IMG/VR virus record: IMGVR_UViG_3300014202_000046
Coordinates: 1-37,881 of that record
DNA: 37,881 nt
Origin: a virus
Taxonomy: Duplodnaviria; Caudoviricetes
Direction: 5' to 3' (one strand)
Position 1 is the stretch's first letter. Each line of letters opens with the position of its first letter. The translations under genes were made by a program, and so were the position numbers. The notes below the pieces were generated by a model, which did not search any database, had not been told where the DNA came from, and saw only the letters and a program-made list of their open reading frames with translations. Of this stretch, positions 9,361-17,748 are shown in pieces.

Positions 9361-10253
9361 GTATCAAGAGACATTTCATCTCACAGCACCATGATGGAGT
9401 GCTTATCGAGTTCGACTATAAACAACTTGAGATTCGGGTACTAGCTCTAGCTACTGGCTGTAAAAATCTCATAGAGGATTTGAACAATGATGTGGACATG
9501 CACCGCGCCAGAGCTGCGGAGATGTACCATATCCCAGAGGATGATGTCACCAAACCACAACGTAGGAAGGCTAAGGAGTTCTCGTTCCAGTTACAATATG
9601 GTGCGTCCTGCGAGTCTATTGCCAAGTATTGGAATGAACCTGTACCTTTAGTGAAGAGATTCTTCGAGGCGTACTTCGAGAGATATCCAGAGATAAGTGA
9701 GTATCATGAGCAACTCATGATCTTCGTGAAAGATAATGCAGTCCATGATGGGGATTATGAAGCTCTCGATGGAAGCACGCTCCCAGTTAAGCGTAGTATC
9801 ATCCCATCTATTTGGGACCATACTGGTGCCACTAGCGGATTCTTCCTAAAGGAACGTGTGAGTGAAGGGTGGCACAGTGGTGGCGGAGGGGTGCCCAAGA
9901 GAAGTACTAGAACGTACTTCCCCCCAACTAAGATCAAGAACTATCCAATACAAGGAGGTGCTGCTGATATTCTATTGTTAGTCCTGAGTAGGATGCGCAG
10001 GATCCTAGCTAAATGGGAGGACAGTGTTCACATACTTCTCCAAGTACATGACTCTATATTGTTCGATTGGTACAATCCTGACAAATCCAGATTGGGAGAA
10101 TTCGTTAGAGAAATCAAGGAGTTAATGGAATCTGTCCCAGAGATACTTGCTAAAGTCCACTGCATCAACTCACCCATAGAATTCCCCGTGGATGTGACGA
10201 TTGGTAAGACTTGGCAAGACCGTAAAGAGCTAGACACATCTAGCTTAATTTGA
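9357..10253 (+). CDS. family A DNA polymerase, C-terminal catalytic part
   Basis: Motif A DYKQLEIRVLA, motif B RRKAKEFSFQLQYG, NYPIQGGAAD, motif C QVHDS. Confidence 0.9.
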   Translation: MSIKRHFISQHHDGVLIEFDYKQLEIRVLALATGCKNLIEDLNNDVDMHRARAAEMYHIPEDDVTKPQRRKAKEFSFQLQYGASCESIAKYWNEPVPLVKRFFEAYFERYPEISEYHEQLMIFVKDNAVHDGDYEALDGSTLPVKRSIIPSIWDHTGATSGFFLKERVSEGWHSGGGGVPKRSTRTYFPPTKIKNYPIQGGAADILLLVLSRMRRILAKWEDSVHILLQVHDSILFDWYNPDKSRLGEFVREIKELMESVPEILAKVHCINSPIEFPVDVTIGKTWQDRKELDTSSLI

Positions 10254-10259
10254 TATACT
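10231..10259 (+). promoter_or_regulatory. sigma70-type promoter upstream of the SSB gene
   Basis: TAGACA-17 nt-TATACT with extended -10 (TGaTATACT). Confidence 0.65.
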
Positions 10260-10284
10260 GTATATACACACTTGAGGTTTGAAT

Positions 10285-10824
10285 ATGATTTATAAGAATG
10301 GTACTGTAGATAAGGTCGCCCGTCATGGTAAGGCTTTCACTCTTGTAGAAGATGGAAGTACTCTGTGGTATACCGCGTTCTCCGCATCCCAACTTAACGG
10401 CTGTACTTCTGGGGACGTTGTAGAGTTTGCCTTTCAGGAAAGTGTGAAGGCTGGTACTACTTGGAACAACATCAAGAATGATGTGAAGATTGTGGGTAAG
10501 GGTACTGTTGGTACTCCGATACTTCCCCCTAGTGGTGGGAGTACAGCAACTCCTGCTGCTGTCTTTGGTGCAATGACTCTTTCTAAGGATCGTTCTATTG
10601 CCCGACAGAATGCTTGTAACGTAGCTGCGACTATTCTTGCACATAATCTGTATCGGCGCGACACCACTGAAGATGGCAGTGATGGTGATGATGCTAGGGT
10701 AGATCCTAGCAAACTCTCTGCGTTTGTTCTTAAGATCGCTCGCGACATCGAAGCATACACCACTGGTGATGAAGATAAGGCCGCTGCCCTTGCTTCCTTG
10801 GAGCAGGAAGGCGATGAAGACTAA
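10285..10824 (+). CDS. putative single-stranded DNA-binding protein
   Basis: Beta-rich OB-like N-terminus, acidic C-terminal tail EQEGDED, located between polymerase and exonuclease; GAGG SD before ATG 10285. Confidence 0.55.
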   Translation: MIYKNGTVDKVARHGKAFTLVEDGSTLWYTAFSASQLNGCTSGDVVEFAFQESVKAGTTWNNIKNDVKIVGKGTVGTPILPPSGGSTATPAAVFGAMTLSKDRSIARQNACNVAATILAHNLYRRDTTEDGSDGDDARVDPSKLSAFVLKIARDIEAYTTGDEDKAAALASLEQEGDED

Positions 10825-11734
10825 GATTGGTCTATTGTTTGATGGAGATATCCTGCTTTATCGAGCAGGGTTTGCTGCCGAAAAGAGGGTCTATCGACCC
10901 TCTCCCGGCTCTGCATTGCAGCGATCAGCGCCGTGGGCTGTATGGACATCAGCCAAGGCTGCTAAACAAGATTGTGATCGTCTTGGTTACAGTTACAAAA
11001 CCGATGTAACATGGGAACGTCAACCCGAACCTGTTGAGAATGCCATCCACAATCTCAACAGTCTTATCACCAACGTGCGGAATGGATTCGCTAGCGATGA
11101 GATCATACACACTTGGAGTGCCCTGCCAACAGCAGAGATCCCTGTAGAAGTGTTTATCTTCATAACTGGGTGTGGTACCAAGCCCAACTTCAGAGAGGCT
11201 TTGGATCCAGCTTATAAAGCTAATAGAGATCCGGCTCATAAGCCGATTCATCTGAACGCTTTGAAGACATACATCCAAGAACACTATCCTACGATAGTGA
11301 CACAAGGGTGTGAGGCTGATGATTATCTTGGTCAAGCACAGCATGACATGGAACGCATCCATCCCGACATGCTTCCAGTTATTGTGACCCTAGATAAAGA
11401 TCTTCAGCAGATACCGGGATACAAGTATGACTTTGTAGCTAAAGAACTTACGTACAATAGTCAGGAGGAAGGCGATAAGTTCTTCTTCCGTCAGATGTTA
11501 TCGGGAGATAAGGCAGATAACATCTCGGGTCTACGGGGGTATGGTCCAGTGAAGATTGATAATCTGTTTGCTAAGTGTGTCTCAGTAGATGACTACCGCA
11601 AGAAAGCACAGCAGGCTTACATTGGATCCTACGCCAACAAGGATAATGCTATAAGGGCTTGGAACACTAATTGTGATCTGTTGTGGATCTGGAGACAAGT
11701 ACCGGATGTCTGCCCGTACAAAATTCCGGTCTAA
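10814..11734 (+). CDS. 5'-3' exonuclease (T7 gp6/FEN-like)
   Basis: DGDILLYRAGFA, NFR...YKANR, EADD, DKDL.QIPG, GDKADNISG; start moved to ATG 10814. Confidence 0.9.
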   Translation: MKTKIGLLFDGDILLYRAGFAAEKRVYRPSPGSALQRSAPWAVWTSAKAAKQDCDRLGYSYKTDVTWERQPEPVENAIHNLNSLITNVRNGFASDEIIHTWSALPTAEIPVEVFIFITGCGTKPNFREALDPAYKANRDPAHKPIHLNALKTYIQEHYPTIVTQGCEADDYLGQAQHDMERIHPDMLPVIVTLDKDLQQIPGYKYDFVAKELTYNSQEEGDKFFFRQMLSGDKADNISGLRGYGPVKIDNLFAKCVSVDDYRKKAQQAYIGSYANKDNAIRAWNTNCDLLWIWRQVPDVCPYKIPV

Positions 11735-12131
11735 ATTCGAGCAGACCTTTGCCGAACATTTAACCAAGAAAGGACATAAGTTTGAATATGAAACTAGAAA
11801 GACGAAGTTTCGTAAGCCGGTGCAAGGAGGTCTTTGTGAAGACTGTTCTAGCACTCGTGTTAGTAAGCGCGCTACCTATCTCTGTGATTTTCTTGTGGGG
11901 AACCCCCCAGTATATGTTGAAACTAAGGGGCGATTTGTTTCCAGTGATAGAACAAAAATCCTCGCGATGCTCAGTACATCTCCCGACATCAACCGTTCAA
12001 ATTTCCGACTGTTATTCATGCGTGACAACTTCACAACAAAGTCCGGCAAAGAACGTTATACAGATTGGTGTAAACGGAACGGTGTACAGTGTGCAGTGTG
12101 GCCCAAAATTCCAAGGGGATTCTTGAAGTGA
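11706..12131 (+). CDS. endonuclease I-like Holliday junction resolvase
   Basis: FRSKFE, YLCDF, YVETKGRF...DRTK, YTDWCKRNG; start moved to ATG 11706. Confidence 0.88.
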   Translation: MSARTKFRSKFEQTFAEHLTKKGHKFEYETRKTKFRKPVQGGLCEDCSSTRVSKRATYLCDFLVGNPPVYVETKGRFVSSDRTKILAMLSTSPDINRSNFRLLFMRDNFTTKSGKERYTDWCKRNGVQCAVWPKIPRGFLK

Positions 12132-12895
12132 CCAAGCACGTATTCATACCAGATACCCAGATAACTCCGGGGTCTGATATACGACATATCATTGCGGCTG
12201 GTAATTATATCAACGATAAGAAGCCTGACGTAGTGATCATTGGTGGTGATTGGTGGGACATGCAAAGCCTTTGCTCCTACGACAAACCGGGCTCTAAGGG
12301 ATGGGAAGCTAAGGATGTTAAGGAAGACTACATAGCCGGTTGTCACGCTATGGATGTGTTCTTAAGAGCAGTAACTGGTAAGAAGGGTTCGTACCAACCT
12401 CGAATTATCATGACTGAAGGTAACCATGAGAACCGGGTACACAGGGCAGCTATGGATCCCAACAACATGAAGTTCAAGGGCTTCCTATCTACCGATGAGT
12501 TTGCGTTAGATGAGTACGCACTACCCATAGAGTATAACGGGTTCTTGGAGATCGTTAATGTTCACGGTATTATGTATAGCCATTATTTTCTCAATCCTGA
12601 TTCTCTGTTTACCAATGCAATCGGCGGTACTGTTGAGAACAAGCTACGGAAATTGGGACACTCTTTCACTATGGGTCACCAACAACATAAGCAGACTGGA
12701 GCTATTTATACGGCTACCGGAGAACGTCGAGTTGGTCTCGTGTGTGGGAGATTCTACCAAGAAGATCTCGATTACCTTGGCCCCCAAAAGAACAAGCAAT
12801 CATGGTCAGGAATCTTCATGAAGCACGAAGTTAACAACGGAGATTATGACCTCATGGAAGTATCTATGAAGTATCTCCTTAAGGAGTGGACGTAA
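12128..12895 (+). CDS. calcineurin-like metallophosphoesterase
   Basis: IPDTQ, GDWWD, GNHE, YSHY, MGHQQ; GTG start overlapping the upstream TGA. Confidence 0.85.
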   Translation: MTKHVFIPDTQITPGSDIRHIIAAGNYINDKKPDVVIIGGDWWDMQSLCSYDKPGSKGWEAKDVKEDYIAGCHAMDVFLRAVTGKKGSYQPRIIMTEGNHENRVHRAAMDPNNMKFKGFLSTDEFALDEYALPIEYNGFLEIVNVHGIMYSHYFLNPDSLFTNAIGGTVENKLRKLGHSFTMGHQQHKQTGAIYTATGERRVGLVCGRFYQEDLDYLGPQKNKQSWSGIFMKHEVNNGDYDLMEVSMKYLLKEWT

Positions 12896-13143
12896 TGGCT
12901 AAACAAATTTCTAGGTGTCGTAAGCCCGTAGTGAATATGCGGCGTGATGTCTACCACGATTTTGTTTGTGATGTGTTAGAACTCCAGTTTCCTTTTGAAG
13001 ATGGGGATATGTACACAGTTACTTGGGAGATTCAGGGTAACGAAGTTCGACAGATCACAGGTGGTATTCCACCATTAGATAGTTTGTATATACTCAAAGT
13101 TGTAAACGTTCCGGATCACGATGAAGACTCTAGCGGAACTTAA
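12895..13143 (+). CDS. hypothetical protein (82 aa)
   Basis: AAGGAG SD, TAATG coupling. Confidence 0.65.
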   Translation: MAKQISRCRKPVVNMRRDVYHDFVCDVLELQFPFEDGDMYTVTWEIQGNEVRQITGGIPPLDSLYILKVVNVPDHDEDSSGT

Positions 13144-13288
13144 GGAACTTGTGGCAAGTAACTATGACCCAGACTTAGTAGTAGAAGTCTTGGAAATAAC
13201 TACGGAAGAGTTGCTTGATAACTTCGAGGATAAACTATGGGAACACAGACACAAGTTCTTAGAGCTTGAAGAGAGGGAAGATGAATGA
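13121..13288 (+). CDS. small acidic helical phage protein (55 aa)
   Basis: Read by eye: MKTLAELKELVASNYDPDLVVEVLEITTEELLDNFEDKLWEHRHKFLELEEREDE; below the track cutoff; fills the gap. Confidence 0.7.
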   Translation: MKTLAELKELVASNYDPDLVVEVLEITTEELLDNFEDKLWEHRHKFLELEEREDE

Positions 13289-13889
13289 TGATAAGTATGA
13301 TTCTATAATGCCTCCCGGAGGGCCTGTGGTAGACCCTCATATGTGGGGGAAGGAGCTCGTAAAAAGCGTACAAGAAAATCACAGTCTCCTAGATAGTTTG
13401 AAGTATGGTCCCGGTATCATTACAGGCGGTGTTGCACCGCGGCGACGAGTGGGTAAATCAACGGGACCGTTTCCCTCGTCTGGCGTGTCGGGCATGTTTG
13501 TATCAAAGGACCCATTAGCTGAAATAGATGGGCTCGCTAGCCTAGAATATCAACCGTATCAGGACAAACTCAGAGAGTTATGTTTTAGATCTCTGTTAAT
13601 ATGTTTACCTCATGGGTATGGATTCTTTCCGGTATTGCCATCCAATAGGACAAGCAATTGCAATCTTGCATTTGGTAGATTGGGGTATGATAAGTATGTA
13701 GAAGTCATGGTGGAACCAACAGATGATCGCATTTCCCATGAATTCAAACTTCTGTATCACATTAAGAATGGGAAGACCTACAGTCATCACGAGATACGAT
13801 TGTTTGCATTGGATATAGTGAATACGATTAACGACTTGAATGGAATAGATGACAGTGAGCAAGACGATAAAGGATCGGATAAAATATGA
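13281..13889 (+). CDS. hypothetical protein (~202 aa)
   Basis: Track ORF 13266..13889; ATG 13281 with GAGGG SD. Confidence 0.6.
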   Translation: MNDDKYDSIMPPGGPVVDPHMWGKELVKSVQENHSLLDSLKYGPGIITGGVAPRRRVGKSTGPFPSSGVSGMFVSKDPLAEIDGLASLEYQPYQDKLRELCFRSLLICLPHGYGFFPVLPSNRTSNCNLAFGRLGYDKYVEVMVEPTDDRISHEFKLLYHIKNGKTYSHHEIRLFALDIVNTINDLNGIDDSEQDDKGSDKI

Positions 13890-15856
13890 GTCCGTGGCTC
13901 CTAGAAACAAACCCTACGAACGAAGCAAGATTAAAAGAGAATACACGTATGAACGAGGAGATCTTGAAGAGGATGGAGACACCGAACAATATGAACCTGT
14001 ACCAGACCTATATCCATACGAGTAGATATGCGCGGTACCGAGATGACTTGGGTAGACGAGAGACTTGGGACGAGACTGTTAATAGACTCCACAAGTTCTG
14101 GTTCGATAAGATCCCCGAGTCCTTGAGAGGGGAACACGCCATTGCTATGCGTGAGGTGGAAAGTTTGAGTGTCATGCCCAGTATGAGAGTTCTCATGACT
14201 GCTGGCAAAGCTCTTGACGATCACCACGTAGCGGCGTATAATTGTGCGTATACTCCCATTGATAGTATGAAGAAGTTCTCTGAGATCCTGTACATCCTAA
14301 TGTGTGGAACAGGTGTAGGGTTCTCAGTAGAACGCGAGTATGTAAATAGACTACCAACCCTCCCGGAGGAATTTCATGAATCGGATTCACTCATTGTTGT
14401 TAAGGATAGTAAGCTTGGATGGGCAGTCGCCTACAAAGAACTTATACAGTTGCTTTGTGGAGGTCGAGTACCCCGATGGGACGTCTCAAACATTCGACCT
14501 GCCGGCAGCCGCCTTAAAACCTTTGGTGGCAGAGCTAGCGGACCCGCGCCACTTGAAGCTCTCTTTCGATATACGTGCGAAGTCTTTAAAGCCGCAGCCG
14601 GAAGACAGCTAACCACACTGGAGTGTCATGACATCGTATGCAAGATTGCGGCGATTGTTGTTGTGGGCGGGGTGCGCAGGAGCGCCCTTATTAGTCTTAG
14701 CAACCTTACTGATGAACGGTTACGGAATGCTAAGTCTAGTGCCAACATGCCTGATCATCGCTACCTTAGTAATAATAGCGTTGCTTACACATGTCAGCCT
14801 GATATGGACAGCTTCCTAAAGGAGATGGTAAACCTCTATCAAAGTAGGAGTGGTGAACGTGGAATATTCAGTCGATATGCTGCACGAGAAAAGTACAGCG
14901 CTCATAGACGCGATGAGGCTCACGATTTTGGATGTAATCCCTGTTCAGAGATCCTTCTCAGACCGGACCAATTCTGTAACCTTACTGAAGTTATTGTACG
15001 ATCTGGAGATGACATTGATCGACTTAAGGAGAAGGTCCGAAGTGCCGTGTTCTTAGGAACACTTCAATCTACCCTTACGAGTTTCAAGTTTCTAAGTAAA
15101 TCGTGGAGAACTAATTGTGAAGAAGAACGACTCTTGGGCGTATCGCTCACTGGTATCTGTGATCACCCATTGCTCTCTGATCCTCATGGACTTAGCGTTG
15201 TCTTGGAACAGTTACGAGACTACGCTGTGGAGTGCAACCGAGAATTCGCTGGAGTTCTTGGGGTGGAACCTAGCGCGGCTATTACTTGTGTCAAACCTAG
15301 TGGCACTGTATCTCAGCTTTGTGATACTGCCAGTGGTATCCACTCTAGGTATAGCGAGTATTATATCCGTCGTGTACGACAAGATGACAAAGACCCCCTC
15401 TCCAAGTTCCTAATCGAGCAAGGAGTTCCGTGGGAACAGGATGTCCATAACCCACACGCTATCGTGTTTAGTTTCCCTATCAAGGCACCAGAGGGATCGG
15501 TGACACGTAATGACCGTACTGCACTAGAGCAGTTAAAGCTGTGGGAAGTTTACAATGATAGTTGGTGTGAGCATAAGCCTAGCATCACAGTGTTCTATGA
15601 AGATGAAGAGTTCCTCGAACTGATCAGCTATGTGTACTCTAACTTCGATAAGATGAGTGGCATCTCTTTCCTTCCCAAGGATAACCATGTGTATGCCCAA
15701 GCACCTTACGAAGAGATCACTAAGGAACAGTACGAAGAGTCGCTAGCTAAGATGCCCAAGGAAATTGATTGGCTTAAGCTCAAGGACTATGAGACTGGGG
15801 ATAATACTAGTGTCCAACCTGAGCTGGCTTGTACAGCAGGGGCTTGTGAACTATGA
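13886..15856 (+). CDS. nrdJ: class II adenosylcobalamin-dependent ribonucleotide reductase
   Basis: YNC, GTGVGFSV, GGRASGP, GGVRRSALI, NPCSEI, FCNLTE, TCVKPSGTVSQL and C-terminal CTAGAC; no beta-subunit gene nearby. The true start may be later (MNLYQ). Confidence 0.9.
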   Translation: MSPWLLETNPTNEARLKENTRMNEEILKRMETPNNMNLYQTYIHTSRYARYRDDLGRRETWDETVNRLHKFWFDKIPESLRGEHAIAMREVESLSVMPSMRVLMTAGKALDDHHVAAYNCAYTPIDSMKKFSEILYILMCGTGVGFSVEREYVNRLPTLPEEFHESDSLIVVKDSKLGWAVAYKELIQLLCGGRVPRWDVSNIRPAGSRLKTFGGRASGPAPLEALFRYTCEVFKAAAGRQLTTLECHDIVCKIAAIVVVGGVRRSALISLSNLTDERLRNAKSSANMPDHRYLSNNSVAYTCQPDMDSFLKEMVNLYQSRSGERGIFSRYAAREKYSAHRRDEAHDFGCNPCSEILLRPDQFCNLTEVIVRSGDDIDRLKEKVRSAVFLGTLQSTLTSFKFLSKSWRTNCEEERLLGVSLTGICDHPLLSDPHGLSVVLEQLRDYAVECNREFAGVLGVEPSAAITCVKPSGTVSQLCDTASGIHSRYSEYYIRRVRQDDKDPLSKFLIEQGVPWEQDVHNPHAIVFSFPIKAPEGSVTRNDRTALEQLKLWEVYNDSWCEHKPSITVFYEDEEFLELISYVYSNFDKMSGISFLPKDNHVYAQAPYEEITKEQYEESLAKMPKEIDWLKLKDYETGDNTSVQPELACTAGACEL

Positions 15857-16074
15857 AGTGGTATAAACCTTCTACTCATGGTCTAATAGGACAGATGCAT
15901 GAAGTAGATGAGCCTCACGGTTCCTACGTGATGTATAGTGACCATCTTGAGGAATTAGCTGGAGTTGAACGTAGGGCTAAGAAGTGTTGGCTAGATCAAC
16001 AGGAGTCCTACTGGAAGACTGAGTACGAACGTGTGATGAGAGACTACGGCCACTTGTTTGTTGGAATTGTTTGA
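15853..16074 (+). CDS. hypothetical protein (73 aa)
   Basis: ATGA overlap with nrdJ. Confidence 0.6.
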   Translation: MKWYKPSTHGLIGQMHEVDEPHGSYVMYSDHLEELAGVERRAKKCWLDQQESYWKTEYERVMRDYGHLFVGIV

Positions 16075-16084
16075 GGTATAATAT

Positions 16085-16411
16085 ATGGGTACTAGATTGA
16101 ACTTGGATGAGTATCTGGATAAGGTCGAAGAGAAACTCCAACTTGTCCAACGAGAGCTTGAGAGCTTCGGTAACGTGAAGACTCCAATGGATGAGAAGGC
16201 CATTAAGTTCTGGGGATTGATGTCCGTTAAAATGGCTATGGGTTTGTTGAAAGAAGCAGCAGCGGAAAGTAAGATACACGAGGTGGAAGATGATGGCCGA
16301 GTACTGGGAGACTCTCAAGATTCAGCGGTGGAAGGAACGGGAGAAGGACTTTCTGAGAGCGGGGGGATACAACAACGAGAACGCAAACGAGACGGTAAGG
16401 GAGGCAATTGA
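16085..16411 (+). CDS. hypothetical protein (108 aa)
   Basis: GAGG SD; its 3' part overlaps the next ORF. Confidence 0.6.
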   Translation: MGTRLNLDEYLDKVEEKLQLVQRELESFGNVKTPMDEKAIKFWGLMSVKMAMGLLKEAAAESKIHEVEDDGRVLGDSQDSAVEGTGEGLSESGGIQQRERKRDGKGGN

Positions 16412-16478
16412 GATAATAGAAGAGTTACTTGGTGTGATTAAGAACTTCAATGATATGCTAGAGGATGATGGAAAATGA
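16290..16478 (+). CDS. hypothetical protein (62 aa)
   Basis: GAGGT SD; ATGA overlap with the next gene. Confidence 0.55.
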   Translation: MMAEYWETLKIQRWKEREKDFLRAGGYNNENANETVREAIEIIEELLGVIKNFNDMLEDDGK

Positions 16479-16672
16479 ACAAGACCTTGACTGTGCGTGA
16501 TAAGATTCTCCGCGCGCTTATGCGTCGGAAGACTACCATTAACTCCACCAACCTTGCCGAGAAGATTGGACACCCTGCCCCGTCTGTTCGACGAACTCTC
16601 GCTCAGATGCGACGAGATGGTTTGGTAGATGCCATCTCTGGTATGTGGTACCCCACTCGTCGGGCCGCATAG
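16475..16672 (+). CDS. small winged helix-turn-helix DNA-binding protein
   Basis: RDKILRAL...STNLAEKIGHPAPSVRRTLAQMRRDGLV...GMW wHTH pattern. Confidence 0.7.
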   Translation: MNKTLTVRDKILRALMRRKTTINSTNLAEKIGHPAPSVRRTLAQMRRDGLVDAISGMWYPTRRAA

Positions 16673-16714
16673 AAGAAAGCCCGCGCACCGAGACATTAGT
16701 CTCTTTAGGCGGGC
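16671..16714 (-). terminator. probable intrinsic terminator of the structural arm
   Basis: GCCCGC/GCGGGC stem (16679-84/16709-14) with an inner GAGAC/GTCTC hairpin, followed on the - strand by TTTCTTCT. Confidence 0.5.
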
Positions 16715-16766
16715 CTAAAGACAGTCAGATTATTTCTAACTGTGAGAGGGTAGTTATCTTAGTAGG

Positions 16767-17306
16767 CTAGTGCCTACTTTCGGGGGAGCTTAATGCTCCC
16801 CTTTTCTTTTCCCAAGCTATCAACTCGATAAGTTGTTCTTTGACTTGTCGATACTTGGTGAAGTTGGATGCACTTGTTCTGGCGATATCAGCAAGTCCAA
16901 TTCCGGCGGCAGCCGCATCAAGATCTCCGGTGGAGATATCTGTGGGCAGACTACCCGTGATGGCTCCGTTGTACAGGCTGACAAAGCCAACAGGAATAGG
17001 ACACTCATCGTTAGCTTTCTTAGAGATATACTTGGGAACTTGAACGATGATGTCATCACCCTTCTCCTTTATGATCTTGATCTTCTCTTGTATGATTGGA
17101 GCTTTGGATTCATATTCAGATATGAGATTATCGTACTGCACACGTTGTACATCGGATTGATGTTGGACAATAGCTTTATCAGCATCCCATCTAGCTTGTA
17201 CCCTAGACGCTCCATTGTGATCCCAATACCAACTGTACGATATGAGCAAGGCCACCAGGGCCAGCTCCTTCCAGTATGTTCTTAGGAACATTAGTAAGAC
17301 TGTCAC
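16767..17306 (-). CDS. inner-membrane spanin (Rz-like)
   Basis: N-terminal TM helix, VQARWDA, coiled coil, ECPIPVGFVSLYN; contains a nested lipoprotein gene. Confidence 0.8.
   Translation of the reverse strand: MTVLLMFLRTYWKELALVALLISYSWYWDHNGASRVQARWDADKAIVQHQSDVQRVQYDNLISEYESKAPIIQEKIKIIKEKGDDIIVQVPKYISKKANDECPIPVGFVSLYNGAITGSLPTDISTGDLDAAAAGIGLADIARTSASNFTKYRQVKEQLIELIAWEKKRGALSSPESRH
16783..16810 (+). terminator. probable intrinsic terminator of the replication arm, antisense inside the spanin gene end
   Basis: GGGGAGC-TTAAT-GCTCCCC followed by TTTTCTTTT. Confidence 0.65.
16820..17008 (-). CDS. outer-membrane spanin lipoprotein (Rz1-like), embedded in the i-spanin
   Basis: MSVLFLLALSAC lipobox, then a Pro-rich periplasmic part; different frame wholly inside Rz. 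Start may be slightly upstream. Confidence 0.75.
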   Translation of the reverse strand: MSVLFLLALSACTTEPSRVVCPQISPPEILMRLPPELDLLISPEQVHPTSPSIDKSKNNLSS

Positions 17307-17458
17307 GCTTTTAACTCCGCTATATTCTTGAATGTGAAGGCTGCAAAGACTGTTAACATGAGGCCCACATAAGAGGAAGGATCCACGTACTTTAGCATAA
17401 CTAAGCCCGTGAACACCGCTCCCCAGATGTTAGCCATCCAGAAGATGCGAGACCTCAT
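17303..17458 (-). CDS. putative holin (51 aa, 2 TM)
   Basis: MRSRIFW start overlapping the upstream TGA (ATGA); two hydrophobic segments; directly before the spanin. Confidence 0.6.
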   Translation of the reverse strand: MRSRIFWMANIWGAVFTGLVMLKYVDPSSYVGLMLTVFAAFTFKNIAELKA

Positions 17459-17748
17459 CCGTGGAAGATTATAAGCCATCCCGCTTTGAGCCCCGCCCAA
17501 TTGAACGTTATCAGACTGACTGCCAAGGTCACTAGTCCTATGGCTATCCGTTTGGTTATCTTCCATGTCATCGCTGCCTCCGCTACGTTAGATTCCACAA
17601 CCTCCAGTCTAGTGACCAGATCCTTAAAGGAAGCTTTAGACTCAGCGATATGCTCAACCGTCGTTTCTTGTCTAGCTTTAATGGTGGCTACGTCAGCCCT
17701 CATTTCTAAAGCAGCCTCAAGTAGTTGGGTGAGGATGTGCTGATCCAT
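17455..17748 (-). CDS. coiled-coil protein with C-terminal TM helix (holin/XhlA-like, lysis-associated)
   Basis: Amphipathic coiled coil followed by IAIGLVTLAVSLITF; in the lysis cluster. Confidence 0.55.
   Translation of the reverse strand: MDQHILTQLLEAALEMRADVATIKARQETTVEHIAESKASFKDLVTRLEVVESNVAEAAMTWKITKRIAIGLVTLAVSLITFNWAGLKAGWLIIFHG

Noticed and set aside
9330-9380. Intron or intein at the polymerase split
   Set aside because: The ORFs overlap by 4 nt, leaving no intervening sequence, and there are no intein terminal motifs.
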